Positions 39,794 through 51,017 are shown, numbered from the whole stretch's first letter. The stretch: 59,840 nucleotides of DNA, filler included, from Sphacelaria rigidula (GCA_964200075.2; 10 parts of 10 records of this genome joined end to end with filler, not necessarily neighbours in it), one strand, 5' to 3'. Notes: generated by a model from the letters alone, not told the origin. Numbers and translations: made by a program.

Positions 39794-40112
39794 ATTTACT
39801 GGATCTGTCGTTTCTTCTTTCTGTATCTCTCTCAAGATGTAGCCAACAGCAGCTCTGCCTAAGCTTCTTTGCGGGACTGTCAGTTGCAGTTGCTGTTGAG
39901 AGGGGCAGCCGACAAAAAGTATACGTTGTTTAACACCCTTGCTTGAAAAGAAGATAATGGCTATTCTACGCAGGCGTAGTCGGCAGGATACAGAACTCAT
40001 TCATAGCGCAGACGCCCCAAGACACGGGTGTCCGTCATGGCAGATACTGTGGGATCGTTGGCTATGGCGGCATCGGTATTGCTCAACATAAGTCCGATAC
40101 GGGATGTCTACG

Positions 40113-40114
40113 GT

Positions 40115-40161
<47 letters not shown>

Positions 40162-40172
40162 CGAGAGAAAGA
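40113..40172. repeat. (GA)n microsatellite; another at 32853-32879
   Basis: Seen directly. Confidence 0.95.
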
Positions 40173-41794
40173 GCAAAATAGAGAATGGTCTTGAATTCCT
40201 AGCCCCAATGATGCTGATATTTGGATTATACGTAAAGGCGTGACCAGCCTCTTCTGCACTCGCTGTTCATTTTTCTAGTAATTTTTTAAAGCGTGTCCAA
40301 TCTTTCCGCACAGTCTGACTGCCTCCTGTGCACTGCTCTGTTGTACTACAGGTTGTTGTACCTTCACAGACACGAATCCACGTGGTCCTCCAAGTTGCAG
40401 CTACGTTTGTTGCTCAACATTCGAAGTTGGCGACTAATGTTTGTGTTCAAGACAGAAGCATCACACTCGACAGGATTGTTGTATCCTCTAGTTCCGATGC
40501 GTGTATATCATGGTGCAGCAACAGCTTCCAAAATACAGCCTGCTGTCACGACATCTGACAGTTACCTCCTTTCAGTACAGGAGACTACGGACAGTGCTTC
40601 GGCACGTTACACCTCGACGTATCGACTGTACGAGCTTTCCTTCGTGTTGTACTGACTGCTGCTGTACAGCCCTCCGGGAACAATAAAGTCTTGGCATCGG
40701 CTTCTTGCTGCTGCCGACGCGCGTAGATACCGGTTTTATGACCTGGGCAGATAATCATGAGTACTCCCGTGCGCCCCTCTTGCCCCTTTCGCCTGCCGAA
40801 AATATACGGTTGTATGGGGGATTGCCGAGGATGCTCACACGATTGGACGGTGGTGAGGTGAAAAACGGCTTTACGTGGACACCGCACATGGCAAGAGGAT
40901 GGTTGCTCGTATACTTTAGGCCGTGTGAAAGTTGGCCCCGGGCAACCGAGAACAGTAACCGTCTCACCCTTCCTCACTCCCACCTACGTGTTGCAGGGAC
41001 GAATAAACGTCGACATGTCGACATGTCAACTTTCCGTTTCATTTGTTGTGGGAAAACGCCGACCTATCCCCCGGCAAAGAATGAGGACTAGCTTCGAGAG
41101 TAGTAAAGCATAACATCGATGTATCCTTTCCCCCTTTCCATAACATGTTGGGTATGTTTTCAAGTCGCCGAAATATGAATATTGAAGAATCTTGCAAATT
41201 GTTGATGCAGTCGTTGATTCCTCAGGCCGCTTCTTCTTGTGCTACGAAGAAGCCCCGCCCACACCCCCACCCCCACAAAAGAAGCCTTCTTTGGCAGTTC
41301 AGTGTCGATTTTCGCCAGCGTACGAGGCATGGTAGATCGCGCCTCCTCGGAAACACTTACTGTCTGTGCTCTTCGAAACGATCCTAGCACTTTGCCGATC
41401 TTTCGTGTGCCCAGTTTCACCGGGCAAACGATGGAACGATTTATCACACAATCCCCAAAATGCCGTGCTTCTGTGAGATCGGTGTGTGTTCTCGGGAGAA
41501 GTAGAAGGTTCTTGTGGGTTACTCAAGAAAAATAGTTCGTGATGCCAAAAGTCAAAGTGGACGCACGGAAGATTGGGAAGAAGCGCTGGAATCCTCTCGG
41601 AGAGTATAGCAAGTCCTTTCTGAGGAGGCACAATCCGCCCACCTACGTGTTCTGGCGAGAATCAGCACTGAATCGCTAACATAAGCGTTCTGTTCAAGAA
41701 CTTTTTTTTTCCCAGCACAAGAACCGGCCTCACTCTCCCGCTCTAAAAATGGATTGGTTGTTGTCGGCTACCACACTACTTCCCCCCCCCCCCG

Positions 41795-41825
<31 letters not shown>

Positions 41826-41958
41826 ACCCCCCGCCCACCTCCCGCCCGCCCCAAGCCCNNNNNNNNNNNNNNNNNNNNNNNNNNNNNNNNNNNNNNNNNN
41901 NNTTAATTAATTAANNNNNNNNNNNNNNNNNNNNNNNNNNNNNNNNNNNNNNNNNNNN

Positions 41959-42031
41959 GGCATTGTAGGGATGCGAGGTCAATGGTGTTATGACTATAGC
42001 ATGCATGATCATGAGTCCACCTCCCCCCCCC
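41959..42031 (+). mobile_element. 3' terminus of a second, related LINE family followed by a C-run; further copies near 42549-42610 (+) and 50131-50182 (-)
   Basis: gggatgcgaggtcaatggtgttatgactatagcatgcatgatcatgagtccac-C-tract (GCEVNGVMTIACMIMS) parallels GCVVNGQTTKASNK*. Confidence 0.65.
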
Positions 42032-42833
42032 TTCCCCCATCGTAGCGTCACCCTACCAAAGAACAAGAATCAGGCCCCTACTGGAGCGTTGAAATGGTAC
42101 CTCCTCCCCGTCCTTCCATGGGATTGGCGTCAGTTGGCGGTGACGCTGTAAAACACGCCACTCACTGCGTAAGCTAGGCCACCAGGTTACCGTTTTTGTT
42201 TTGCGCGCTTGCGTTCTTCTTGCGGTAACCACCATGCTGGTCGAGTTATATCCTTTTGTGTAGGGCTGGAGGACCTCAACTCCGCGCAAAGGAGATGATC
42301 GTACCCCGTAGTGTTTAAATGGTGAGACACTCATGAGGCAGTGTATAAGCTGTGGCTGTCTCCGAAAGTGGCATACCAGAAAATGAAGTGACTGATTGAA
42401 GGCTGTCTTCCATACGCAAGATGCTTTGTACGCTTCGGATCGAGCAATGCTCGCAGGATGCAGCTCACCCTTCATGCGACTCGCCGACCATATCACGGCG
42501 CTTCGCGCTTCGTGATTGAGTGCGAGCCTGGTCCGGCGAAAACCCGGCGTGCTCCGTCGCCCCGGCTTTATAGGGATGCAAGGTCAACGGTCATATGACT
42601 ACAGGCTGGTGGTTCACGGTGATCACCCAAAACTGCCTCATGCTGCAGTCTGAGCGTGACCCGCTAGACGAGTATTACCGGAATTTCGTCAGCATCTCTA
42701 TGCATGGCTGCTGCTGAAAAAATGCCCACGAGTGTTGGTCAATAGGAGGCTGCGATGATGGGGTGCTACCATATTTCCGATGAAAGGCTGGGATTGAAGT
42801 GCCATCATGAGTGAAGGACAGTGTTTGGTTTTC

Positions 42834-43100
42834 TCATTCAAGTGTGGCACCAAACTTAGACATACAGTGATTATCGAGTAGCAGCAAGTCAGGGCCGAGT
42901 GAAGGGACGACTAGTGTTGCGACGGAGCGGGTTTTTTTACCCAGCTTGAGTTTGAAACCCGGGCGAACCCCAAGAGTTGTTGGGATGAACCGTCCGTCGG
43001 CTGCACGCAGACTTACAGCAGTAGAAGGAACGGGATACAGTGGAATTGATCGCAGCACGGGATTATTTTTGAAAAGTGCGATCGATTGTCACTGTGACGT
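42834..43100 (-). pseudogene. Gypsy aspartic-protease-region remnant, inverted relative to the adjacent RT
   Basis: SLRAADGRFI...LKLGKKTRSVATLVVPSLGPDLLLLDNHCMSKFGATL. Confidence 0.55.
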
Positions 43101-43439
43101 CAGTAGCAGTGTCTAACGTTATGTCGGGTGTGACTTGACCGTTGATTTGAGCCTGTGACGCGAAGTCGTTGAGGGAAAAATAACAGAGAGAATGAGGTGT
43201 CTATGGCAGCTAACGAAGACCCATTACCACGCTCGATGGGATTCATCATGTGTGGCATGACTAGTATTGGGGACAATGGTGGACGCGTCGGAAATAGTCG
43301 TTGTGAGTTCACGGCGTGCAAGTTTCGAAGGTTTTTGAGGCGATAAGGAAGTGGTTGAGGTCCGAGTCTTCCTGCTAGACTTGGTCTGCTACAGACGGAT
43401 CCTTGGCGGTACAAATAGCTAGTCTCTCGTCCCACTAAG

Positions 43440-44548
43440 TGCCATTGCCAGCAACACTAGTTTTGGGTAACCTCATCACTGTATCTGTAGTACACCCAGC
43501 GCAATGGCATGTCGACGCTGTAGCGAGAGTCTCTCGAACAGTGTCTGAAGTCGCTGAAAAAGACACGGATAAAACCACTCTTGTCACCGAACGTTGGAAG
43601 TACGTATTTCGTCGTCTCCCATTCCGCATCTTATGCAGCTCCATGGATTTTTCAAAGTACTATGGCCATGACCCTCGGTCACGCAGGGACCGATCATAGA
43701 ATTTTGTGCTTCATGGATGACCTCATTCGTCTCAGTTCCATATTCGAGGAGCATCTTAAATCTCTTGAACGCACATTCGCACCTTCCCAAGCCACGGGCT
43801 TGACGCTCAAGCCCTTAAAATCCGTTACGGCCCCACACAGGTCTTATACCTGGGTCATGTCATTTCTGCCAATGGTATTTCAGCACGTCAAGACCGCACT
43901 CGAGCTATGAGTAATTTTACCTACCCCGAGTTGTACCAAGGACCTTCGCTCTGTCCTGGGCATGGTGAATCTTGCGTGCCGATTTGTCAAAAATAACGCC
44001 ATCACGGCACCTTGAGTCGATCTCACCCGCAAAGACTTTACCACCATAGGCTTTGTAAAAAGAAGGATTGGGGAAACGACCCAGATAACGCCTTTTATCT
44101 CATTAAACGAGTGCTGACATCGGCACCTGTCCTGATTTTCCCGGATTATTCCCGAGAATTTGTCCTAAACTGCGATGCTTCCAATCTTGGTACCGGGTCG
44201 TTTCCTGCCCAACAGTCTGAAGACAGTACCAACCCGACCGACGTCAACATCATCGCCTAGTTTTCTGAGCGTTTTTCGAAATCACAGCATCCCTACAGTT
44301 TCACTACAGTACGAAGGAATGTTGCAGCGTTGTCTGGTCATCACTCCTTTGGAGGTGATATCTCTGGGGTAATCATTTCATCTGCTGGACAGATCACCAA
44401 GCTCTCCCACATTTATATCATACGCAAGACACAAGCAACATGCTAACTCGATGGCCAATCCAACTGCAGAGCTTCGATTTCACGGTGTAACATGTTCCCC
44501 GTAAATTCATCATTTTGCCAGATGCGTTGTCCCGCCTGTTTGGTGACA
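43440..44548 (+). pseudogene. Ty3/gypsy RT-RNase H remnant
   Basis: DTDKTT..T..KYVFRRLPF, AAPWIFQ, FMDDL, EEHLKSL, GLTLKP, YLGHVIS, LTSAPVLIFPDYSREFVLNCDAS, TDHQAL, LTRW..LQSFDF, DALSR. Confidence 0.92.
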
Positions 44549-45145
44549 CCAACGGTAAGACGGTACTGTGCGAGGATTTCAGGTACATCGGCATCACTGG
44601 AGTCATCTAGCCTGGGGATCCGACGAACATCATCTGCCGCCGTGATGTGACAATCCTTGGGCTTGTTATTGAGGGCGTCTGCAAATGTACGCGAAATCTG
44701 CTCGTCAGAAGGGACTGAGACTAAGACCCTTCGAGTCCGTGTACCCACCGACGCAGACTCGTAATGATCCTGACTTACCAGGTATTGCCAGATTTCCCGA
44801 GTGTCCGGCGGCAGCTCCGCAGTTTCTCCGCTTCAACGTTGAGGCAGATATGGCACGTCGTGCAAGCGTAGAAACCGCGGAGCTGCCGCCGGACACTCGA
44901 GAAATCTGGTAATATCTGGTAAGTCAGGATCATTACGAGTCTGCGTCGGTGGGTACACAGACTCGAAGTGTCTCAGTCTCAGTCCCCTCTGTCGAACAGA
45001 TTTTGCGTATATTTGCAGACGCCCTCAATAATAAGCCCAAGGATTGTCACATCACGGCGGCAGATGCTCGTCGGATCCTCAGGATAGATGACTCCAGGGA
45101 TGCCGATGTACCTGAAATCCTCGCACAATACCGTCTTACCGTCGG
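44549..45145. repeat. ~597-bp near-perfect hairpin (arms ~290 bp, loop ~15-25 nt)
   Basis: By hand alignment about 20 substitutions and one 3-nt indel between the arms; mirror ORFs 44443-44748(-) and 44949-45278(+). Confidence 0.97.
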
Positions 45146-45403
45146 GCTAAAAGCCATATCAATGCACGCTGAGGACAGCGAGTACAACGATCGTGTGGCG
45201 TTCACCTATTTCTCTCTCATCTGTGACGGTCAATGTCCCACAGTGTTTGACCAACTCATGTCTGGTCAAATCGATTGACCATCCGAAAATGTTTCCTCTC
45301 ATGACACTCGCGCAAATGGTCCACTCTCTCCCCCCGCAACGTGGGCAGAGAGCTCAGTCGTGCGATGTTAGATTTGCTCATGCCGGCAAATTCGGATGAA
45401 GAG

Positions 45404-45443
<40 letters not shown>

Positions 45444-46000
45444 CTTCACATTTAAAAAAACGTTCCGATATCTGNNNNNNNNNNAGCGGTAAATTAGTAC
45501 TGGACAACTGATGCATACAACTTTCGTGGTCACAGGCTAGCAAAAAAACAAGAAAAACAAAATAGACCCAGATTAAAACTCACAAAACACGATACAAGAT
45601 CAACAGGAATAAATAATAAAGAATAAAGGGAGTACATATGGCTAACCTCAGAAGATCCGATGCCGCAGGTGGCCATTCGGACTTCAGGGGGCGGCACTCG
45701 GTTTTTCGAAGAGTGTACACTTCATCTGGCCACATTTGACCAAAATCCGTCTGAGCCAGTCAGTACGTATGCACTACTACGGTTCAGGAGACTCATCACG
45801 CGCTTCGAATATTCTGTCGCAAGATCTCGCAGCACTTCCGAAAGAGCACCCTGGTCTGCATTCGCCATCTCTCTTTTGCAACATGGCCTTAAACCAGGCA
45901 TTCAACGCCTACAACTTGCTGACAAACCAGTCACATCCCTTCAAGAAGCGGTAGATCGAGCACGCCGCCACGAGACAGCATCACTCGCTGGTGTCATCGT
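44949..46000 (+). pseudogene. Gypsy-type gag remnant, interrupted by a (GTT)n tract and a 10-N gap
   Basis: LATFDQNPSEPVSTY..RFRRLITR...GLKPGIQR...PVTSLQEAVDRARRHE resembles a retrotransposon capsid C-terminal region. Confidence 0.7.
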
Positions 46001-46027
46001 TAGTTTATTGGCGTTTCAACAAATCCC

Positions 46028-46076
46028 AAACCCATTGTGATTTCACGCGCAGGTTCGAGTCCTACCGTCGACGCCA
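46028..46076 (+). pseudogene. 3' half of a tRNA-Ser including CCA
   Basis: aaacccatt-gtg(attt)cac long variable arm, gcagg-TTCGAGT-cctac T-arm, cgtcgac-G73-CCA; 5' half absent. Confidence 0.85.
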
Positions 46077-46077
46077 A

Positions 46078-46417
46078 TATAAGACAGGCCTGCGGACAGC
46101 GGGCGTGATGTAGCTAACCCGGACGGTGTGTGTGTGTACGTCGTAGCCCATCACTTGATGAGAGGGTACGGAGCGTGTAGAGACGCGGCGTGGACTTGAA
46201 CCGGATAATCTTTGCAAGGCAAGCCTTGGGGTTGGACAACAGAGTGACCGGGTGGGGGGGCACTCAGACTGGGTGCCTTCCAGACAGGAGTATGACGAGC
46301 CCAGACTGGGAATTGGAAGATGACGGTCCCAGGGTGACAGACCCGGGATGACGGTCCGGGTTGACGTGCCCGGGGTTGTCAGTGAGCGGGTCGGGTCATG
46401 CAGAGGTCATAATCACA
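46078..46417 (-). mobile_element. Solo LTR-like sequence abutting the tRNA fragment
   Basis: t(a)taagac...ataatcaca; homologous along its length to 46480-46811. Confidence 0.65.
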
Positions 46418-46427
46418 TATATGAATA

Positions 46428-46429
<2 letters not shown>

Positions 46430-46482
<53 letters not shown>
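46430..46482. repeat. (TG)n microsatellite
   Basis: Seen directly. Confidence 0.97.
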
Positions 46483-46484
<2 letters not shown>

Positions 46485-46811
46485 AAACAGTACTTGTGGA
46501 CGATGGGTGCGGTCTATCTTACCCAGGACAGGGCGTGTACCGTAGGCTATGGATTTTCACTCGATGAAGGGTGTACGGAGCGCATGGGAACGCGACGAGG
46601 ATTTCGAAATGGTGAAGTCTTGCAGCGGCAGGGCTTGGGATAGGAAATTGAGTGACCGATTGTGGGCGTTGGGTTGACAACGGCCAGGGTGAGGAGTATG
46701 ACCACGGCCCTGACTGGGGATTGGAGGATGACAGTCCCGGGATTGACAGGGCCGGGATGACGGGTCCGGGTCATGAGTGAGCGGGTCGGATCAATGCAGG
46801 TGATAATCACA
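46480..46811 (-). mobile_element. Second, diverged solo LTR-like copy
   Basis: Shares gtacggagcg, gagtgaccg, aggagtatgac, gactggg.attgga.gatgac.gtccc, agtgagcgggtcgg and ataatcaca with 46078-46417. Confidence 0.65.
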
Positions 46812-46866
46812 AAAAAGAGAAGATATGCACGAAGAAAACAAAACACATTAAACGTAAAAGCTTCAC

Positions 46867-47505
46867 CTTGAGCTTCATGACCTCCTGGACGGCCATCTTA
46901 CGCAACGGGAAAGTAATCGTTTCCTTCTGCAAAAGCTCCTCCGCCTCGATCATCACCCGCCGCGCATGCGACAGTATCTTCCCACCCCTCACCAGCATCT
47001 CCCCGTACGTCTCTTCATCTTCGTCTTCCACTTCCACTTCCACTGTATCAACGTTCGTCCCCTCGCCCCCCAGGTCTGGCAACGCCCCCACCGCGCCCTC
47101 CGCAGCAGCTACGGCCAGCGGTGCTGTAGTGGAGCTAGCGGTGATGTTGGTTTTTGCTCTTGTTGGTCGTTGTGGAGGTGTTCGATCGATCGGTTGGTCT
47201 ATGGCATTGGTGCGAGTGACGGTCGTCGTTGGCGTTCCTATTGGAGGCGGTAATACCGGTGTCTGGTCGGTCGGTCGGTCGGCGAGGCTGGTCGGTAAGG
47301 TCGTAGAGCTGGTCGTTCGATCGGTGGGGCTGATCGTTGCTGTTACTGCTGCTGTCGGTGACAACGTGGGAGTTCTTGCTTGGGCTGGCTGAGTTGTTCC
47401 TTGTCCGCCTTCGCTGTTCTGTTCAGATGACGCGGGCTGTTCAGTTTCGGTTTCGACCACCCCGTGCGCTTTGTTGTATAGTTTCAAAAACTTGAGAAGG
47501 TGCAT
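46867..47505 (-). CDS. Probable internal exon (213 codons) of an unknown Thr/Pro-rich protein, host or TE
   Basis: Pyrimidine tract plus tgcag acceptor, open frame, AAG|gtgaag donor, phase 0/0. Confidence 0.45.
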
Positions 47506-47952
47506 CTGCAATTCAACCAACACGAAAGTGGAAGGGGGGGAGGGGGGGAGGGGGGAGGGTTGGACTATAATATGAGCAACACCGTCCGCTCCGACAACAC
47601 CAACAACAACAACAACAACATCAACAACGACAACAACAACAACTAGACGTCACTGAGCCAAGCTGACATAATATCCCACAGACAGCAGACAGCAGAGACC
47701 TTCTTCCGATACCGGGAGTATACCTTCGATACTGCACGCTTCTTTCATGGCCGGAGTGCATACTGTATTACTGTATTCATCAACGCAGAGATGTCGACGG
47801 GTGAGTTGGACAAAGAATCGATTGATCGTCGGTCACTGATTTCATTTTTTTGNNNNNNNNNNNNNNNNNNNNNNNNNNNNNNNNNNNNNNNNNNNNTTAA
47901 TTAATTAANNNNNNNNNNNNNNNNNNNNNNNNNNNNNNNNNNNNNNNNNNNN

Positions 47953-49199
47953 TTTTCCGGTTTTCCCTTGCGGTGCGCACCGCTCGGTTTCCCGCCCCCC
48001 CCCCTGGCAGGGAGCCTCCGTCTCGAAAGGGATGCGTGGTCAATGGTCAAACGACTAAGGCAAGCAACAAATGAGTACGCCCCCCCCCTGGCAGGGAGAG
48101 CCTGGTCGCCCGGGGATGACTTCTTTCCCCGGGCAAGTTCCTGCTCCAAAGATGTTGATTCGAAGCGCTTTCGAATCGAAATCAACACAACCTCCTGTGT
48201 CAGCGGTCCTTCTCGATCCTCGGGCAATTGCTTCTGAATGTGATACTCGAAGGACAACGCGTTGAGGAATTTTAAGAGAAAATGGTTTTCGCTCAGTCGT
48301 TCATGCTCCTCGTATGAATTCAGGTTACGTGCAACTTCCTCCATCTGGAGAAGCTTCTGCTCTGGATCATCACGGACACCAATCTTGACTCCATCGAACT
48401 TTTCCAGCAAAGCGGTTCTCGCCCCGTTTGTTTTGGGGCGAAAGACATCCTCGAGTTTTCTCCAAACCGCAGCACGTGAGTGGATTCTAATCCAAATATC
48501 TTGCTCCCCCCTTCCTTCTAAACTAGCTACAAGCATTCGTCTGGCCCTTACGTTGGCTTCCACTGTGTCCTTCTCATGTCTGCTCTCCAGGTACCCCATT
48601 TCTATCTCAGGATTACCGACATCTACATCGTAAGAGCTATTGCCGGCCATGGTGAACACCCAGTCAATTCCTTCGCCTCTTGCGAAGTTGACCAGCTCAT
48701 GCCTGCACCGAGCATAATCAGCGCTCTTCCCTGAAACGTTTGGGGCGTTCTGTCGAAAAGCGGGAACCCCTGACACAATTATCCCACTTGTATCGTTTAT
48801 TTGGATCGACTCACGTGCGGGGACAAAGCCCCTAGCTTCGTCACTGGTGGCCTCGTTGTCCATTGCGTCGTGCGCTCCGTCCTCTGGAACAGTTTGGCTC
48901 CCGATGTGCCGTCGTTCTCGTCGAACTCCAGCACCGCGTTGCTCTACTGTTCTATTTATGTTGAATTCCCCCTGTTGACTATGGGAACCTTCACTACTGA
49001 GGACGCCGTTGTTTTCTGCGCCCCCGGCCTCTCTTTCTGCCCTCATACGGTCCATGTTACTCTGTAATGTAGCTTGGCTTAGCTGCATATCACGCATGAG
49101 CTGAGCCAAGGAACTGACCTGACTACATACTTCCTGCAACTGCTCTGTAACACCCTGGTCACCCCTAACTATAGCAGGCCTATCACCTTGTTCCGCCAT
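47953..49199 (-). mobile_element. Ty1/copia gag ORF (UBN2/Retrotran_gag_2-like), cut by the piece boundary
   Basis: AAVWRKLEDVFRPKT..ARTALLEKF..DDPEQKLLQMEEVARNL..FLNALSFEYHIQKQ..LTQEVVLISIRKRF; a tentative LTR lies upstream (~49212-49465). Confidence 0.8.
48015..48079 (+). mobile_element. 65-bp LINE-3'-end insertion flanked by a ~19-bp target-site duplication
   Basis: C9-tggcagggag at 47996-48014 and at 48080-48098; 84-bp offset; gag reads LPARGG...LPARGG. Confidence 0.9.
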
Positions 49200-49640
49200 T
49201 CTGCCCAACCGGTTGTAACACTAGTGTATTCCGTGGCCCGTGACGGAGGATAGATAGTTTTATCTTTTGTATTATTTGAAAAGTGCCTAGACTGAGTCGA
49301 CCCTATGACTGAGGGATCAGATGTTGAGTGGGCTCAGCAGGCAGCGTCGTAGCTGCCGTGAGCAGGGTGCTGTAGTCACACACGCTCGAGTACCAGTACC
49401 CGCACGTCCGCATTAATCTATCCGCACGTGAGCATGTTCACTCAGTGTACCTGTTCACATGAACAGGGGGGTGGAAATCACTGGCCTTCATGACGTACGT
49501 GAGAGCGGTGGGCGAAGGAGCGAAATTCGTATCACAGGCACTCGCTGGGGAATAAAGTACAAACAAAGAAGAAAAACATATGAAATTGAGGTGAAGAAAA
49601 AAGGGAAAAGGAAAGACGCGGAACAGATCGGGCTGCCCAA

Positions 49641-50375
49641 TGGGGTAAGAGTGACCAACCGTAAGGGCGGGCCAATATTAAGTAAGTACAGTAGTCTCGG
49701 ATTAGCCTGATAGTTTTCCAACTGCGAGAACGTGTTTTCTGTCTCGCAGCTTTGTTTGTGTTAGTTTTCCGTGTTTTTTACGCCCCAAATAGTCCATAAT
49801 TCTTGAGCCAAAAGCAAATGGGTGTATCAAGTAAGAATACGAGCTTTGTGCTGGTGTATGCCGACCTTGAAATAAGATATAAGGGATCGCGTGGCCAAGG
49901 CGCAAACGCCGCAGAGTTTGTTTAAGCGGACGACACTGGTCTTGTGCAAGAGCACCAAGGAAGCAAACAGTATTACTCGAGAGCAGTTGACCAGAGACAC
50001 GCCAGCAGTCTCAGTAGTACAGTAGTCCCTGGCACTTAATCAATTTTTTCCGCCCACTACCCTATCGCTCAAGGGAGGGAGGCACCAGGGTGCGGATTAC
50101 ATGATGCATAAGTAAAAGGGGGGCGACGGGGTGTGTGTGTGTGTACTCATGATCATGCATGCTATAGTCATCAGACCATTGCGGGGGGGGGGGGAGGGGG
50201 GGAGGGGTAACAGTGACCAACCGCAAGGACGGGCCAATATCAAGCACAGTAGTCTCGGGTTAACCCGATAGTTTCCCAACTGCGAGAACGTGTTTTTGTC
50301 TCGCAGTTTTGTTTGTCTCAGTTTTCCGTCTTTTCTACATCCCAAATAATTCATAATTTTTTAGCCAGAAGCAAA
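49641..50375 (+). repeat. Two diverged copies (~175 bp; 49641-49818 and 50204-50375) of a repeat starting GGGGTAA
   Basis: ggggtaa.agtgaccaaccg.aagg.cgggccaatat...ccaactgcgagaacgtgtttt twice. Confidence 0.85.
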
Positions 50376-51017
50376 CAAATGCTCATTTTGACGACCTTGA
50401 TTGGTCAGAATAGTCATCCCGCGCCTCTCGGGCCTCGTGCACAGATCATATTTCTTCGCGGGAAACTTTCAAACACACATACATGGTTGACTCCGTGAGC
50501 TCCTCCGATACTCTGCGGAGACCCCCCCCCCACCCCCTCAACCCCCCTCCCTCCGAGCTCTAGAAATCCCCGGATATCTCGGGACTGTCAGCCTGTACAA
50601 CTGTTCCGAGGCGACGCTCGTCGTCTATGGGTTGACACGTGACACACACACGATCAGTCAAGTCCAGCTGGATTTTTGTTCAGGGGGCCATCCTCGAAAC
50701 CTCCGCCCCGAGCGAATTGAAAAAATAGGCTAGTCTCCTCTTCGTGGCGTGATACAAAGCGTCGAGGACATGCGACGGCGATACTCCCGGTTTGAGGGCC
50801 AAAAATATGGTCATATTTCCTTACAAAAATTAAACACATCCCACCCTCAAAAACCGAACCGTCAGAAGCAAACGGTGTCAAGTGGCATTATTTTGACATG
50901 TATACCTCAACCATGACTTCGACTACTGTAATATGGTTGTCGCACTCTGCTCAGGTGGGGGTCACTCGTGATATTGGAACAAAGTATAGACAAGATACCA
51001 TTATCATACCTTGTGAA

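Noticed and set aside
39794..40000. Upstream ATG at 40000 extending the cytochrome b5/ankyrin ORF by 69 aa
   Set aside because: The extension looks like translated 5' UTR; ATG 39793 is preferred but unproven
46028..46076. Functional tRNA-Ser gene
   Set aside because: No 5' half, D-arm or A box; encoded CCA indicates a reverse-transcribed copy
47901..47952. ORF extensions through N-runs (also 17723-17938, 23687-23932, 23929-24138)
   Set aside because: They cross artificial spacers
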